This document shows, in pieces, positions 26,665 to 40,989 of a stretch of DNA of 64,000 nt (its first letter is position 1; the number at the start of each line of letters is the position of its first letter). Made by a program: the position numbers and the translations under genes. The notes under the pieces were generated by a model that saw only the letters and a list, made by a program, of their open reading frames with translations, was not told the origin of the DNA and searched no databases. The stretch covers positions 65,989,049-66,053,048 of the forward strand of contig NC_057719.1 in the NCBI RefSeq assembly GCF_004010195.1. The letters are read 5' to 3'. This DNA comes from Chiloscyllium plagiosum. Its lineage: Eukaryota.

Positions 26665-27720
26665 CTATAATCCAAAAACAAACATTTTACTTTTTTATTC
26701 ATCTATTTATATGTAAAAGGAATAAACCAAGCCTCCAGCTATTTAGTTATCTTTCTTAATGTGGATTGACACTCAAAGGCAAAAAGCGGAGAAAAATTGC
26801 TTAGAAGCTAAAATCTATCAAAATATTTCAAGATCATATATTTTAACATACACACACATTTAAACCCTGGATGAAGATTATATTAAATGACTGTAAAAGG
26901 TTTTCTGCAAGAGGAATTGAAACAATCTTATAAAAATATGAATGCAAATTCCTTCACTTTACAAAAGTATGAAATTAGGTCAAAAGAAATTTCAATGCTG
27001 TGCCATGAGGGTCTCTTGCCTTGTTACCTTAAAACTACCTAGAATTAGAACAGTCAGTGAAACCCATTGATTCGGAGAACCATGGACCTTCAAAGATTTA
27101 ACTACAGTGGGGATGGGGAATGGTATTAAAGGGCGGCAGTGGTGATGAGGGGAGAATAGGAAAGGGCTAAGGATAGAGCTAAAACTCCAAATGTTTCCAG
27201 AAGGCACATTTTCAGTGATGTTGTCTTGTGCTGTCTGGAATGGTAAACTTCTCATGGAGTAATTTTGGTGAATTATTTGACCATGTTACACTTCAAACGT
27301 CAACTACTATCCAACGTCATACTTTCTCATTTTACAAAACCCCTTTAAATCTGAATAAAATAGTTAATTTTTCCTTCAGCTTTTGTGACTCTTCTTCATA
27401 AATCAAAGACATTTTACAGGTGAACAAATCATCTTGGCGCCTTTTGCAGTACAGTCAAAGCATTTGGAAGATTTGGATGAGGGAAGCCAGGGAAAAAAAA
27501 ACTTTGAGATGAGCAAGAAGTAACTCAACGCAATTTATGGATAACGACTACTGCTGTTTCTGATGCCTAAGCCAATAGTGGGCAGTACACCAAGTTTAAC
27601 TCCTCATTGCCTTTTTTCTATAGCTGTTTGGTACAGCTGAGATACAAACTGATATTGACACACAGGTGACGTCCCAATCCTACACACTGAGTGGCTTGTT
27701 CAGCCATTTCAGAGCCAAGG

Positions 27721-27980
27721 AGGAAGTGAGGACTGCAGATGTAGGAGATCAGAGTCGAGAGTGTGGTGCTGGAAAAGCACAGCCGGTCAGTCAGCATTCG
27801 AGGAGCAGGAGAATTGATGTTTCAGGCATACGCCCTTCATCAGGAATGAGGCTTGTGGGCCAGGGGGCTGAAAGATAAATGGGAGGGGGGGGAGGGCTGT
27901 GGGGAAAGTAGCTGGGAATATGATTGGTAGATGAAGGTCAGAGAGGAAGGTGCAGCGGATAGGTGGGACGGAAGATGACA
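27721..27980 (-). mobile_element. Family-1 PLE 3' terminal fragment
   Basis: Family-1 terminus followed by the purine-rich region also seen at 23260-23420; minus-strand CTGATGA core ending ~27843. Confidence 0.75.
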
Positions 27981-28249
27981 TTGCAGAGCGAAGCTCAAAA
28001 AATGCTGCTTCTTTAACCAGAATAATTCCAAAGAAATAATTTGATTAGTGCAACATCTGAATCTCTCTAGCATAGGGTTAAATACAAATGCTATTGATTC
28101 AATTAAGGATAGATATTAAATTTGGCAACAGGAATAAAATGAACAGTGCTACATTGGCCATAGCATCAATTTACCTTTATGCTGGACTGAAAAAATTAGT
28201 GTTAATCCTGACAAAATTTACTCGATTAAACATTCCACCTCAAAGAATG

Positions 28250-28537
28250 TGATTAGATTAGATTCTCTACAGTGTGGCCCAACAAGTCCACACCGCCCCT
28301 CCAAAGAGAAACCCACTCCCCCACCCTACATTAAACCCTGACTAATGCACCTAACACTGTGGGCAATTTAGCATGGCCAATTCACCTGACCTGGACATCT
28401 TTGGATTGTGGAAGGAAACGGAGCACCCGGAGGAAACCCACGCAGATACAGGGAAAATGTACAAATTCCACACAGACAGGCGGGAATCAAACCCAGGATC
28501 CTAGTGCTGTGAGGCAGCAGTGCTAACCACTGTGCCG
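28250..28537 (-). mobile_element. HE1-type SINE
   Basis: Same body and tail as other copies. Confidence 0.9.
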
Positions 28538-29104
28538 TTGCTCAATCAGATGTATATTTGTTGCAGTCTTAATTATTGTTAGAAATGATCAAAATGATGA
28601 ATTTGAAACAATTAATAATGGTCCTTTCCTGATCTAACAACTTTGGTACAATATTAACCAGGAACAACCGAGCCTTGATTTCAGGTACTTGCTGAAATAA
28701 TTGATATCTGCTGGCTGCTTATACCAATAATACTCACTTGAGGTTCACTGAAATTATAATGCAGCAAGAACTCTGTTTGCATTTTATATTGACGTCAAAA
28801 GGTTATAATTAGAAATGTCATGGTCCATATTAGTATTCAGTAGCGGAATAGCTTTCAACACTCATCATCATTTTATCTTCCCCAAATTTTAAAACAGTAA
28901 CACGCTAATTGTGGGGTTTATTTCAGGACTGCTCAGTGTCATATCTTATCTATTTGATACATATGATCTGGAAGACAAAAGTTTGTACATGAAGCATTTT
29001 TGCTTATAATTAAGTGGACACCTTGGGGTTAGATGCAACTTTTGGCTATTTTGCAGTATTAGAGCAGATGCCTGTGTTTATCAGCGATGTAGTGGGGAAC
29101 ATAC

Positions 29105-29209
29105 CTGAGAAAGCTTCATTTGCATATTCGCAAAGACATGAAGGAAACCAACCACTGCATCCCAGAGCCTGCTATGGGCTAGACTCTGCTGGTTACCAAT
29201 GCAGGGGCC
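29105..29209 (-). CDS. RYR3: RYR3 exon (105 nt): [35 protein letters not shown]
   Basis: tgtag acceptor, GTATGT donor, phase 0-0. Confidence 0.96.
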
Positions 29210-29503
29210 CTACACAAGCAAAATCAGACAGATATGTTTCAGAATAGAATGCCGATGACAAAACTTGATGCATTTTCAAATGTGTTATTTTATTCATTGC
29301 TTTGTTTCTCACTGATTACATTACAGACATGTTAAATATTGAAGAATGCAAAGTAAACATCCAGACTTTGAAAATCATAGAAGTACAGTGAGCACATGAA
29401 AGTAACAACACAAAAGTAGGCCAGTCAACCCAAATAGGACTTGAACCTTCACCTCTGACCCAGAGGGACCCCTCGTGTCAGAAGATCTCCCACCATTTTC
29501 TTT

Positions 29504-29827
29504 TAGATTAGATTCCCTACAGTGTGGAAACAGGCCCTTCGGCCCAACAAGTCCACACCGACCCTCCGAAGAGCAACCCACCCAGACCTATTCCCCTACA
29601 TTCACCCCTGACTAATACACCTAACACTATGAGCAATTTAGCATGGCCAATTCACCTAACCTGCACATCTTTGGACTGTGGGAGGAAACCGAAGCACCCG
29701 GAGAAAACCCATGCAGGCATAGGGAGAATGTGCAAACCCCACACAGACAGTTGCCCAAGGCAGGAATTGAACCCGGGTCCCTGGCACTGTGAGGCAGCAG
29801 TGCTAACCACTGAGCCACCATGCCGCC
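29504..29827 (-). mobile_element. HE1-type SINE (full length)
   Basis: GGCGGCATGGTGGCTCAGTGGTTAGCACTGCTGCC head on minus strand; (ATCTA)n tail. Confidence 0.92.
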
Positions 29828-30149
29828 TGGTGGCTAATTATTACTTTGTACTTTTCAGAAGTTATTTGCTGGCTAGGAAACATTGCTAAGATATGATAGA
29901 TGTTATAGAAATGTTTTTTTGATTTCTTTCCTTAATTCAAACATAAGCTAGCCTTGAAAAATACTGCTTCACAAACCAACATGTAGGTGTCACTGTATAT
30001 ACGTTTGGTGAGTTTGTGTGGTTCACGAGTCAACACTTTTCCCTAGGAGTTCAAAGACTTTGGATTCCTGTCCTATCCAGTTTATTTTGTTTTGCTCAAA
30101 AACTGCATGAATCCATGTAAAACTCGGTAAAACTATACAGAGGGTTTGT

Positions 30150-30512
30150 CAGTCTGACATAGCATTGAGACACAGACTTCACACCTATTGTTTTAAAAGC
30201 TGAGCCATCTTGAGAAATCTTGTAATTTAAAAGAAGTTCTGTGATTTACCTATCAAAGAACAGAAACCAGCATCTCCCATTATAAAAGGTGAAAGTTTTA
30301 ATCCAAGATTGTTTACTGTATCGCATCTCCATGACACTGGACTCGTTTGGCTATAGATTCTGTGAACATGATCTTATACTCCACAACCACCTGATGAAGG
30401 AGCGTCGCTCCGAAAGCTAGTCCTTCCAAATAAACCTGTTGGACTATAACCTGGTGTTGTGTGATTTGTTTACTTTGTCCACTCCAGTCCAACACCAGCA
30501 CCTCCAAATCAT
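30150..30512 (+). mobile_element. Longer family-2 PLE terminal fragment
   Basis: Ends in the family-2 terminus CCAACACCAGCACCTCCA; intact hammerhead core at 30388-30422; left boundary uncertain. Confidence 0.65.
30388..30422 (+). ncRNA. Minimal type I hammerhead ribozyme motif (family 2)
   Basis: CAC-CTGATGA-A-GGAGC-GTC-GCTCC-GAAA-GC-TA-GTC. Confidence 0.7.
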
Positions 30513-30699
30513 GTCCTAACCAGAATTTTGAGCACCAAATTGAGGCCAAGGCTCCAGTGCAGTGCTAAGGGAGTGCCACACTCTTTGAGTTTTTGGCTTT
30601 TGGATAAGATTTTTAACTGAAGGTCATCATCCCTCTTGGGTGGACGTTGAAGATCTCACAACATTCTTTCACCGAAGAGGAAGGAGTTCTCTGCTCAAG

Positions 30700-31135
30700 A
30701 ACAACACTCAAGAAGCTTGACAGCATCCAGGACAAAGCAGCCTGCTTGATTGGCACCACATCCACAAGCCACACCACTAATACTCAGTAGCAGCAGTGTG
30801 CACCATCCACAAGATTCACTGCAGAAATTCAATGAAGATCCTTTGATAGCATCTTCCATCTAGAAGGGCAAGGGCAGCAGTACATGGGAGCACAACCACT
30901 GGCAAGTTCCCCTCCAAGCCCCTCACCCTCTTGACTTGAAAACATATCGTTGTTCCTTTACTGTTGCTGGGTCAAAATGCCGGAATTTCCTCCCTAATGG
31001 CATAATGGGTTAACCTACAGCATATGGCAGCCGTTCAAGGTGGCAGCTCACTACCACCTTCTCAAGAGCAACTAAGGCTGAGAAATAAATACTACCCAGC
31101 CAGCGATGTCTGGGTCGCATGAGTAAATAAGTTTA
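30700..31135 (+). mobile_element. CR1/L2-superfamily LINE 3' end
   Basis: RT C-terminal remnant TTLKKLDSIQDKAACLIG, then a 3' UTR ending in an A-rich tail. Confidence 0.6.
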
Positions 31136-31680
31136 AAAAAAACACTCCTTAGCTAAAATCACCAGAAACTGTTTATCTGGTCCTGCTCACATGGCTGATT
31201 GTGGGACCTTGCAATGTGCAGATAGACTACAATGCCATGTTTTGTACATTCCAACAATGACTGTCATTTAGAAGTGCTTCATCATGTACATGGTTGCTTT
31301 GAGATCAAGAAAAGTGCCTCTTATCTGCAAGTTTTTCTAATGTCATGTTTCAAATGACTCAAAACATGATTTTCTGAAAATCAATCTAATTTACATTTAA
31401 ATAAATCAATATTATCTTTTCTCTGCATGAAGAGATTCTCTTGTCCTTTTTTTAAGTCTCGTACATCTTTTTTTAATCTACAATCCTTCCTTTCATCAAG
31501 GTCCTCCACTACTGTAAACAACCGGATTCTGTCTGCCATATCCTTTCATAACCTGAAACATTTCTATGACAATCACCTCTGTCAACTGTAATGTTCTAGT
31601 TAAAAATACCATGTTACCAAGCTTTCCTTTGTATTTATACTTCCTTCCATCAGACAGCACCCTAGTGAATCTGTAGGGCA

Positions 31681-31962
31681 GGGCAGCATGGTGGCTCATT
31701 GGTTCGCACTGCTGCCTCACAGCACCAGGGACCCAGGTTTGATTCCGGCCTCCCCGTATCTGCGTGGGTTTTCTCCGGTCTCCTCCCACAGTCCAAAGAT
31801 GTGCAGGTCTGGTGAATTGGCCATGCTTAAATTGCCCGTAGTGTTAGGTGCATTAGTCAGAGGGAAATGGGTCTGGGTGGGTTACTCTTCGGAGGGTCGA
31901 TGTGGACTTGTTGGACTGAAGGGCCTGTTTCCACACTGCAGGGAATCTAATCTAATCTAATC
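31681..31962 (+). mobile_element. HE1-type SINE
   Basis: tRNA-like head, (ATCTA)3 tail. Confidence 0.92.
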
Positions 31963-33365
31963 CTAATGAGCCTCCGTAGTGTTTGGAGCACAATGCGGCA
32001 CATCTTAATCTAAATGAGACCTGAAGGTTGTGCCAAGGTTCCCCTGCTGCCTTTCCAAGTCTATTTTCATGTTAAAACCTAGAATTCTGTGAAGTTATCT
32101 TTCACAGCCTCAGTTTCTCTAACATGCCATGCATGTGGACCAGCAATTACCTCTGCTTTTTCATACTACAAATCCGACTAGAGTATAAACACTGTTGTTT
32201 CACACACATCTGCATTTGGTTTTCTAAATGAAGTGTATGTTAGATTTGATTCTTATCTTTGAATCAGGGAAAGAATAAAATGGAACAATTATATGACATA
32301 TTACGTAGGCAGATATCTTAAGAGGTAACCATCAAGAGTTTCAAAGTAGAAGCTGGCGGGGAACTAAGAGGCCATCAGCCAAGTGGATGATTGGCACAGA
32401 TTAAATTAATCAAATAGCAAACGGTTTAGCAAGAATTTCTATGATTTTGATTCCAATCACATTTTTAAGGTGTAAATACAAAGTTCTATCCAATGTACAC
32501 ACATGCGAAGTGTCGAGTAGTCTTGGAGACAAAGGCTCCAATCAGCTGGTGTTCTGTCAAGCCATACAGTCACTAGACGACTGACTGATCAGATGATCCA
32601 TTTTACCTGGTGTTCCCGAAATAGTGCCATGAGATTAGTTGTATCCACACGAGCATTTGTTCATGCCTCTGATTGTTCCAATTATGTACAACTTATCAAG
32701 TTTCAGGCATTCCACAATTTACTAACAAATACAGGGTTGAATTTTATATTTGCAGACAGGGGTAGCATCTGCAAAATGCTGTGGGCTCCAGGTCCACTGT
32801 CTATCCACTATAATTTTACCAGCAACAAGGTCAGTATGATGGGGTCGGCCTCCCACTTGTCACTAATCAATGTCCACTTGCAGACCTCATTGGTTAAATC
32901 ACAGTAGTGGTACAATGGGCAGAGATACCAACACCAAACCCCCACCTGGCAGATTTCTCTACTCAGGCTGGTGGTAAGCAAGGATGGTAGCCAACAATGG
33001 GATTCCCCCAACATCACCAAAACATCTAACATCCATCCCCTCCTTCACAGATGTCCCTCCCTTCTGAGCTTGTCTACCCACCTCCCTCGCCATGGACCGC
33101 CAGCTGGGCCCTGACAAGACCTCCTGGTGTAGTTCAATTCCAGGCTCCAGATCAGTGCATCTTCCTGCGGGCTTCACTGCAGTACCTGCAGTGGCCACTG
33201 TTCTCCTGGTGGCACTGCGGGTATTGGAAAGTTGCTGCCTCTGATTTTCTAGCTTGGGTGGCAGTAGCAATGGCACCCTGGTACATACAGCCCATGGAAT
33301 TTGTCTGATACATAACAAACATTTTTTTTAAAAAACAGGACATATGTAAAGAGCTAAAGTTTTAC

Positions 33366-33494
33366 CTGAATATACTCAGTAAGTGAGTTGAAGATTTGTT
33401 TGGCTACAGCTAATGCTTTTGAGAAATTGCGCTGGCCTTGTCCGTCCATGACATCTTTTCCTGAGTAATACCAGTAGAAATCACTGATTGACTC
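33366..33494 (-). CDS. RYR3: RYR3 exon (129 nt): [43 protein letters not shown]
   Basis: ttccag acceptor, GTAAAA donor, phase 0-0. Confidence 0.96.
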
Positions 33495-34358
33495 CTGGAA
33501 TTTAACAAGAGATGAGTTGAATCAGCTTAATTTCTGGATTACAATTTAATGTAACATTTTTTAATATTGAGTGGGTAGTGAAGAATTATATCCATTCCTG
33601 TTCCTTTCTCAGTCAATTCTCTTGGCATTCTCTGGGGTTAAATTGTGTTTTTTGAAAAACATTAACATTACATAGGAAAGTGTGCTAAAAATGAAATTTC
33701 TCGTCTGAAGGGAATACCGGGCTGTCACAAGAATGGGTGCACGGCTTTCCAATTCTCCTACAGCTCTTGGGAATAGGAAAACATTCAAATACTGAACATC
33801 CTAATCAACCAGAAGATAATGGTTTTGCACAAAGAACAACTAAAGACAGCAACAATCCTGAAAATAAGTTCTTCCTTTTTCTACTAGACTGCATTCTTGA
33901 ATAGTTACTAATTTCCCTTAATAGAGAGATCCATAATATTGTATTGTTTTGTAGGAGTTTTTGCAAATATAGTGAAGGCCACTTGTCTATAATGACAGAA
34001 TTTTTAAAAAAATGTTTGTGTATTAGTTATAGTTAGAAAGTCAACAGAGACACAAATAAAAATCAAGAGATTTTTGTCCTTGGTAGGTACAAATAGTTAA
34101 TAAATATTAATCATTTTCACTTGGTAGAATGGAACTTGAATATTGCCAAAAAAATGTTGGCAAAACATTTTCGGCATTGGCTTGCGAACAAATCAGCACC
34201 CTTTTCTCATTTGTGTAAATTATTGGTCCCTTTGAAATTTGGTATTCTTTTCATCTGTTGTGATGAATACGAGACAAAAGTTTTGACAGAACAACTTTTT
34301 TTTAGCAATACTCAAATTAACCATTTTGTTCTGAATTTCACAAAAATTCAGTGCATTA

Positions 34359-34466
<108 letters not shown>

Positions 34467-36473
34467 TTAAAATAAAAATCTTTAATAGATCAGCGAATAC
34501 ATAATTGTGTTTTGAAAAAATTGTATAGAAAATAGTGATTGAGTTTGCGTCCAATTTCCATGTTGAAGTATGAGAACATGATGATTGTTATGGATTGATT
34601 TGCAAAAGAGGGCTCAACATGCCCTTCATTAGATTAACAGGCAAGAGAGTTAACATATTACCCTCTTGAATGGAAATTGATTTGATGTAGGTACCCTTTT
34701 CTAACTCAGTATTTGGTTATTTTATGATTAATGGCAGATTTTCTTTTTTTCTCTCTGTGCAGCATTTCCAGGGTGAGCATCAAAACTTTAGAATTTGATA
34801 AAAGAAACACAATCCTATTTGAGATCTACACATTTCAATTACTGTTGCATACAGACTCTTTGAGATTGGATAAAACAAAGTGCCTTTTAAGTTTTATTTG
34901 CAAAGCTATTTAGATTATCTCACCAGCAACACTTCCTGATAATGGATTGCTTTGCTCTGGAAACAGCTGCTGAATTTGCACACAGTCCAGGGATTAGTGC
35001 ATAGCAATTTTGTGTTTCGAATTCAATATGAGATTGATCACTTTATTTGGCTTTACAAGATTAATTTTTTCTGTTTCAAGTTGAGCTTCAAAAGGGATTA
35101 AAAAATATATCTTTGGCAACATTCAGGAATTAAATGTGTTCAGGAGAAATAGGAGCTTCTGAATTAATGGGAGTATCTTGACCTTCCTAAAGTGAGTAGG
35201 TTTGCAAACATGCTAACCCCACCTCTTCATAAGAGGCAAACTCTTAAAATAATCAAGAAGCTATGTTTAAAAATAAGTTCTTTTTCCCAAAACATGCCCC
35301 GATACGGATTGGTATTTGGTTTATAAATCTTGTTCGTGCTTATTCAATCTCAGATGTGAACCCATTGTAAAATTTACATTACTGCATCTGAAGATGTTTT
35401 TCCTTACTATCTTTTTTGCTCACCTGAAGCTGCGTGAATTTGGGCCTGAGGTTCCAACAGCTGTGTTGGTCTCTGAAATTGTTTGCATTTTGATCCATTG
35501 AAGTTCAATTGTTCTCTAGTTAACCTTTATAGTAATTCTTTATGCTATGGATTAATTGCTGCATTATTTATTAACCTCAATAGCAATGTTAATATATTCT
35601 GTGCTTCGATGGGGAATTAATTCCATCTTTAATCGCAGCAGTGTATTGAGAGTTCATATAGTTAACCTTGATGGTATTTCATAATAGCTAGTATGTTGAT
35701 GAGCTGTAAGCTACAATGGTGCTGCATGAAACAATTGTGAATTGATTGCTGCTTTAATCACAGTAGCAGTATGTGACTCCCCAATGGAGGCACTACTGTG
35801 ATTCAGACTCCAGGTTAAGGCACAAGCAGCAGGCAGTTTCAAGCTTGATAGGTTTCACTCTGCAGACTTGGCAAGGCAATGTACTTTGCCACATCCCACC
35901 TCTGGTTCACTCTGCAGCAGACCTTTTGGAATCTAGGCCAACTTTGAGCATGAGTGGACTGTACTCAAAGTCCCAGAAGAACATGTGCAGAAGAACAATT
36001 GGAATGCGAAGGTTTCAGCGTTCTCTTGCAACATTGTAAATGACATTGAGTTAGACTTAAACATTTCTTCTTTCATGCCAAAACTTTCATGCATGGGTTA
36101 GAGTTAGGCTTTGGTTAATGTGGGAAATTACTATTTTAAAACATTTTAGCTTGGAAAGGAAAATTACATTTGATTTATTTTCATTAATTGAAGTTCTTTG
36201 AGAAAATAATAAGCACTGTTGAAAAAGAGAGTAAGATCTCATAGTACAAGATACAATATATTAACACAGATAGAGGATTAGTTAGCTATCTGGAAACAGA
36301 GTACGAACAAATGGGTAATTTTCAGGTAAGCAAGATGTGACAAGTAGAATGCAACAGGGTTCAGCACTCAGTGGTGGGGGAGGGGGGGTCGGCAATTTAC
36401 AATTTAGTTCAATGATTTTGGATGAAGGGATAAAAGTTTTGGCACAAACATTTGCTAATGATACACTGTTAGG

Positions 36474-37070
36474 TTAGGGATTATATTTTCCCAAGATGGT
36501 GACAGGGTAGGACACTTCAGCCATTTCCTTCTTTTTTCTCGTTTGTGTGTTTTTTCTCTCTTCTTTCTTCTCAGTGATATCTTCAACTCCGGGCCTCAGC
36601 AGACTCAGAACCTTGGCTTCAGTGCAGACCTGGTGAGACGTCCTCTCAGCCTGGTGTGGCATCCGCTTGGTCCAGCATGGTGGTTGTTCAATGGCCGGTG
36701 TAGCCTCAGTGTGGACATTCAGCCTTGAGATGATTCCAGAGCAGTCTTCCGGCCTCAAGAGCCTTGAAGTGAAGGCTGGCGTAGTCTGGAGTCAGAGCCT
36801 GATGCGGGCCACAGGCTAGGTACCAATGTGGACTGGGTTGGAAGGACTGTTGTCCTGAACAGTTTAGATCCCTATTTTCCAGTTTATTCCAATGATCTGT
36901 AATGCTGGATTTATTATTTCTTTATTATTTCTAATTTGATTTTCCTAAGAACTTGTCTTGAAGAATCTGTACCTAGGTACCTTGTATCTAAGGTGGCATC
37001 ATAAATGGCAACTTGTAAACCTGTCACTGCACTCATTTGAGTATGTGACAATAAAACTAATTCAATTCAT
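36474..37070 (+). mobile_element. Non-autonomous retroelement with GTGACAATAAA(ATTCA)n 3' end
   Basis: GC-richer 5' part starting near CAAGATGG; tail TGTGACAATAAAACTAATTCAATTCA resembles Rex1/Babar-type ends (recognition only). Confidence 0.45.
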
Positions 37071-37252
37071 TTTGTTAAGAGGACATAATGAGGCTAGTAA
37101 GAGATACGTATATAGGTTTACTAAGTGGGTAAAAGTTTAGCAGATGAAATATTATGTGGGGAAATGTGAAGTTCTCCACATTAGCAGGAGGAATAGAAAA
37201 ACAACATATCCTATTAGTGGAAAGAGATTGCAGAATCTCTTGCAGAATCTCA

Positions 37253-37548
37253 GGGCAGCTGCTTCACAGTGCTAGGAACCCAGGTTCAATTCCAGCCTTG
37301 TGCGACTGTCTATGTGGAGTTTGCATATTCTCCCCATTTCTGCATGGGTTTCCTCTGGATGCTCCGGTTTCCTCCCACAAACATAAAGATGGGCAGGTCA
37401 GGTGAATTGGCCATTCTAAATTGCCCATAGTGTTAGGTGCATGAGTCAGAGGGAAATGGGTTTGGGTGGGTTACTCTTCGGAGGGTCTGTGTGGACTTGT
37501 TGGGCTAAAGGGCCTGTTTCCACACTGTAAGGAATCTAATCTAATCTA
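37253..37548 (+). mobile_element. HE1-type SINE (5'-truncated)
   Basis: B-box-like GGTTCAATTCC, (ATCTA)3 tail. Confidence 0.88.
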
Positions 37549-37845
37549 AACTCTGAGGTACATTGAATGACAAAATGTTGGTAAACAGATAGAGCAAGAG
37601 ATTAAAAAAGTAAATAGGATATAAAAGTAGGAACATTTTTCCAGAGTTGTAGAGGGCATTAGTGAAACCACATCTGGAGCACTATGCTTTAGTAACCTTT
37701 ATTTAAGAGAAGATATAAATTTGTTAGAAATGGATCAGGGAAGGTTCTTTTGACTGATACTCAGGGTGGGAGGGGGTGATGGTTATCTTTTGAGGAAAGG
37801 TGAGGTAGGCTGGACATGTAACTGTTGGAGTTTAGAAAAATGAGA

Positions 37846-39041
37846 GTCATAGAGTCATAGAGATGTACAGCATGGAAATAGACCCTTCGGTCCAACCCGT
37901 CCATGCCAACCAGATATCCCAACACAATCTAGTCCCACCTGCCAGTACCCAGCCCATATCCCTCCAAACCTTTCCTATTCATATACCCATCCAAATGCCT
38001 CTTAAATGTTGCAATTGTACCAGCCTCCACCACATCCTCTGGCAGCTCATTCCATACATGTACCACCCTCTGTGTGAAAATGTTGCCCCTTAGGTCTCTT
38101 TTATATCTTTCCCCTCTCACCCTAAACCTATGCCCTCTAGTTCTGGACTCCCCGACCCCAGGGAAAAGACTTTGTCTATTTATACTATCCGTGCCCCTCA
38201 TAATTTTGTAAACCTCTATAAGGTCACCCCTCAGCCTCCGACGCTCCAGGGAAAACAGCCCCAGCCTGTTCAGCCTCTCCCTGTAGCTCAGATCCTCCAA
38301 CCCTGGCAACATCCTTGTAAATCTTTTCTGAACCCTTTCAAGTTTCACAACATCTTTCCGAGAGGAAAGAGACCAGAATTGCATGCAATATTCCAACAGT
38401 GGCCTAACCAATGTCCTGTACAGCCACAACATGACCTCCCAACTCCTGTACTCAATACTCTGACCAATAAAGGAAGCATACCAAACGCCTGCTTCACTAC
38501 CCTATCTACCCGCGACTCCACTTTCAAGGAGCTATGAACCTGCACTCCAAGGTCTCTTTGTTCAGCAACACTCCCTAGGACCTTACCATTAAGTGTATAA
38601 GTCCTGCTAAGATTTGCTTTCCCAAAATGCAGCACCTCGTATTTATCGGGATTAAACTCCATCTGCCACTTCTCAGCCCATTGACCCATCTGGTCCAGAT
38701 CCTGTTGGAATTTGAGGTAACCCTCTTCGCTGTCCACTACACCTCCAATTTTGGTGTCATCTGCAAACTTACTAACTGTACCTCTTATGCTCGCATCCAA
38801 ATCATTTATGTAAATGACAAAAAGTAGAGGACCCAGCACCGATCCTTATGGCACTCCACTGGTCACAGGCCTCCAGTCTGAAAAACAACCCTCTACCACC
38901 ACCCTCTGTCTTCTACCTTTGAGCCAGTTCTGTATTCAAATGGCTAGTTCTCCCTGTATTCCATGAGATCTAGCCTTGCTAATCAGTCTCCCATGGGGAA
39001 CCTTGTCGAATACCTTACTGAAGTCCATATAGATCACATCT
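37846..39041 (-). mobile_element. Relatively young 5'-truncated CR1/HER1-type LINE
   Basis: RT ORFs LGPLLFVIYINDLD..SKFADDTK and LYRTLVRPLLEYC..WNELP; (CTATGACT)n tail. Confidence 0.95.
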
Positions 39042-40989
39042 TCATACAAGATCTTGAAGGAATTTGGCAGGGTGAATATTGAAAGGACATTTCTGCATGT
39101 AGGAGAGAGGAGAGCGAGGAGATACAGTTAAAAATAATGGATCTCCCTCATTTAAGATTGAGATGAGGAGAAATGTTTCCTTTCAGTGAGTCATGAGTCT
39201 GTGGAACATTCTTCACTGGAGAGTGGAGGCGGCAGGATCATTGAGTGTTTTTAAGGTGGAGCTAGGTAGCTTATTGACTATCATGGGAGTCAAAGGGTAT
39301 CAGAGGGAGGAGGGAGCATGCAGTTGAGACCACAGTCAGATCAGACATGATCTTATTGAATACGGAGCAACTTCAATGGGCCAAATGGCCGACTACTGTT
39401 CCTAACTTGTACATAACCCAAGAACCCTTGAACCTGTGCTCTTCTGGTTTTACTGGAGTTGGGACAGGTGTCGGACAGCCAATATTTGTGAAGGTGGTAA
39501 GACCTTCATGTACAGATGTTAAGGAGGCTATGTTTTTAAGGTTTTCATCAGAACAAATAAAAGACCATTGACCTCAAACACTAACACTGTTTTTCTGCAC
39601 AGATGTTGTCTGACCTACTGAGTATTCCCAGCATTTTCAGTTTTATTTCATACATTATATTAAATCAGTACAGTTTTAGTTGCTTGGCAGTAGAGACCTT
39701 GAGTCCTGCTGAAGAAAAGAGTCATGTTGCCTAAGATTTTTGTTATTATCATTACAGACATAGTAAAACAAAATTTTAAAAAATGTTAGGAATTACTGAA
39801 CCTTTTGAAATTTGGAATTGTATAATTAATTGGTATTGTTTAATTAATTGACTGAGTTCCCCTCACTTTAGGATTAGTAAAAACTGGATTATAAATACAA
39901 TGAGAATTCATCATCACTCTGCAAAAATCTTGTTTTAAGGTTAATTATCAGACAAAGGAAATGGAAGGTCTTTGCTAAACACAGACCCTCCTTGGCTCCT
40001 AATGGATGGAATGGGGGTTATGGAAAATATGGTCATATGGATCTTTTTATAGTTATGATTTTGGCAGAATAGTGAACTGGCTCTGAATTTCTCAGTCAGA
40101 ATGGTCACTGATCCAGGTAGTTACAAAGGAACATGTGAGTAGAAGAAATGAAAAATGAACCATGCCTCACCTTCCAATGATTTTTCATTTTCTGAGTGTT
40201 TATACATATGTTTTTTTAAAAGGAATTCATCAATTAAATAGTTTTACTGGGAGCCATTTGCACAAATATACCTCAGTGTGGAGGAAATAATCTGGTTTAG
40301 CTTTGCTTCAAACTTGTTAACTGTAAATCTGCTTGTAATCAATGTTAAAAGACCTGTTCGCAGCTAGAGCATTTATGCATCACATCTCCCTAAGTCTTCT
40401 TTCCTTCAATGATACTCAGTTTTTTAGATCTGTGAATTCAAAGTCTCAGATTATTTTTTGTTGGTCCTCTGACAATCTTTAATAAACTACTATGTTCTGA
40501 AAACAAAATTTTATATTGCACCGACTGTTCTTGGCCAATGATCCACATCAGATGAGAATAATTTGATACAACTAACTTAAATGCTCAAAATATATGCTAA
40601 CATTTGAGTATTTTATTTGATAATACTGGATAGAAACTATGTAAAAGATTAATAAACAGACCCGTCTTCTATTTATTTGCTTCAGTAATAATACTTCCAA
40701 CATTTACATATTTGTGGTTCCATTTTGAATGATTTATCATTTGTCCTTTTTTTTATATATATTCTCCTCCTTATCTGTCCTGACAGCATTGATTCCTTAC
40801 TGGGTATGTCCCTTGTGAGATGAAGGCCTGTAGGTATTTTTCTCAAGTGACTGTGGTTCATGCTTATGCCATGACAGGAAGTATCTGTAGGCTATCCGAC
40901 TATGTGAGGTGTAACATGATCCCTGTCTGCAGAAGTGCTCCACAGAACAGAGTATGAGAGAAATATCTGTATGTCCTTGGCTAGAGATT

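Larger units (their letters stand above)
36260..39410 (+). mobile_element. Old CR1 LINE carrying three nested insertions
   Basis: Collinear decayed RT pieces at ~36260-36470, 37075-37250, 37550-37845 and 39042-39410. Confidence 0.65.

Noticed and set aside
29760..29827. tRNA genes at tRNA-like heads (also 31681, 52212 and others)
   Set aside because: These are heads of HE1-type SINEs, followed by SINE body and LINE-like tail; no complete cloverleaf.
32736..33330. Cys/His-rich short ORFs suggesting a gag zinc knuckle
   Set aside because: No proper CCHC spacing or consistent frame; more likely a non-coding GC-rich repeat starting with a GGGTTGAATTTT TIR-like motif.
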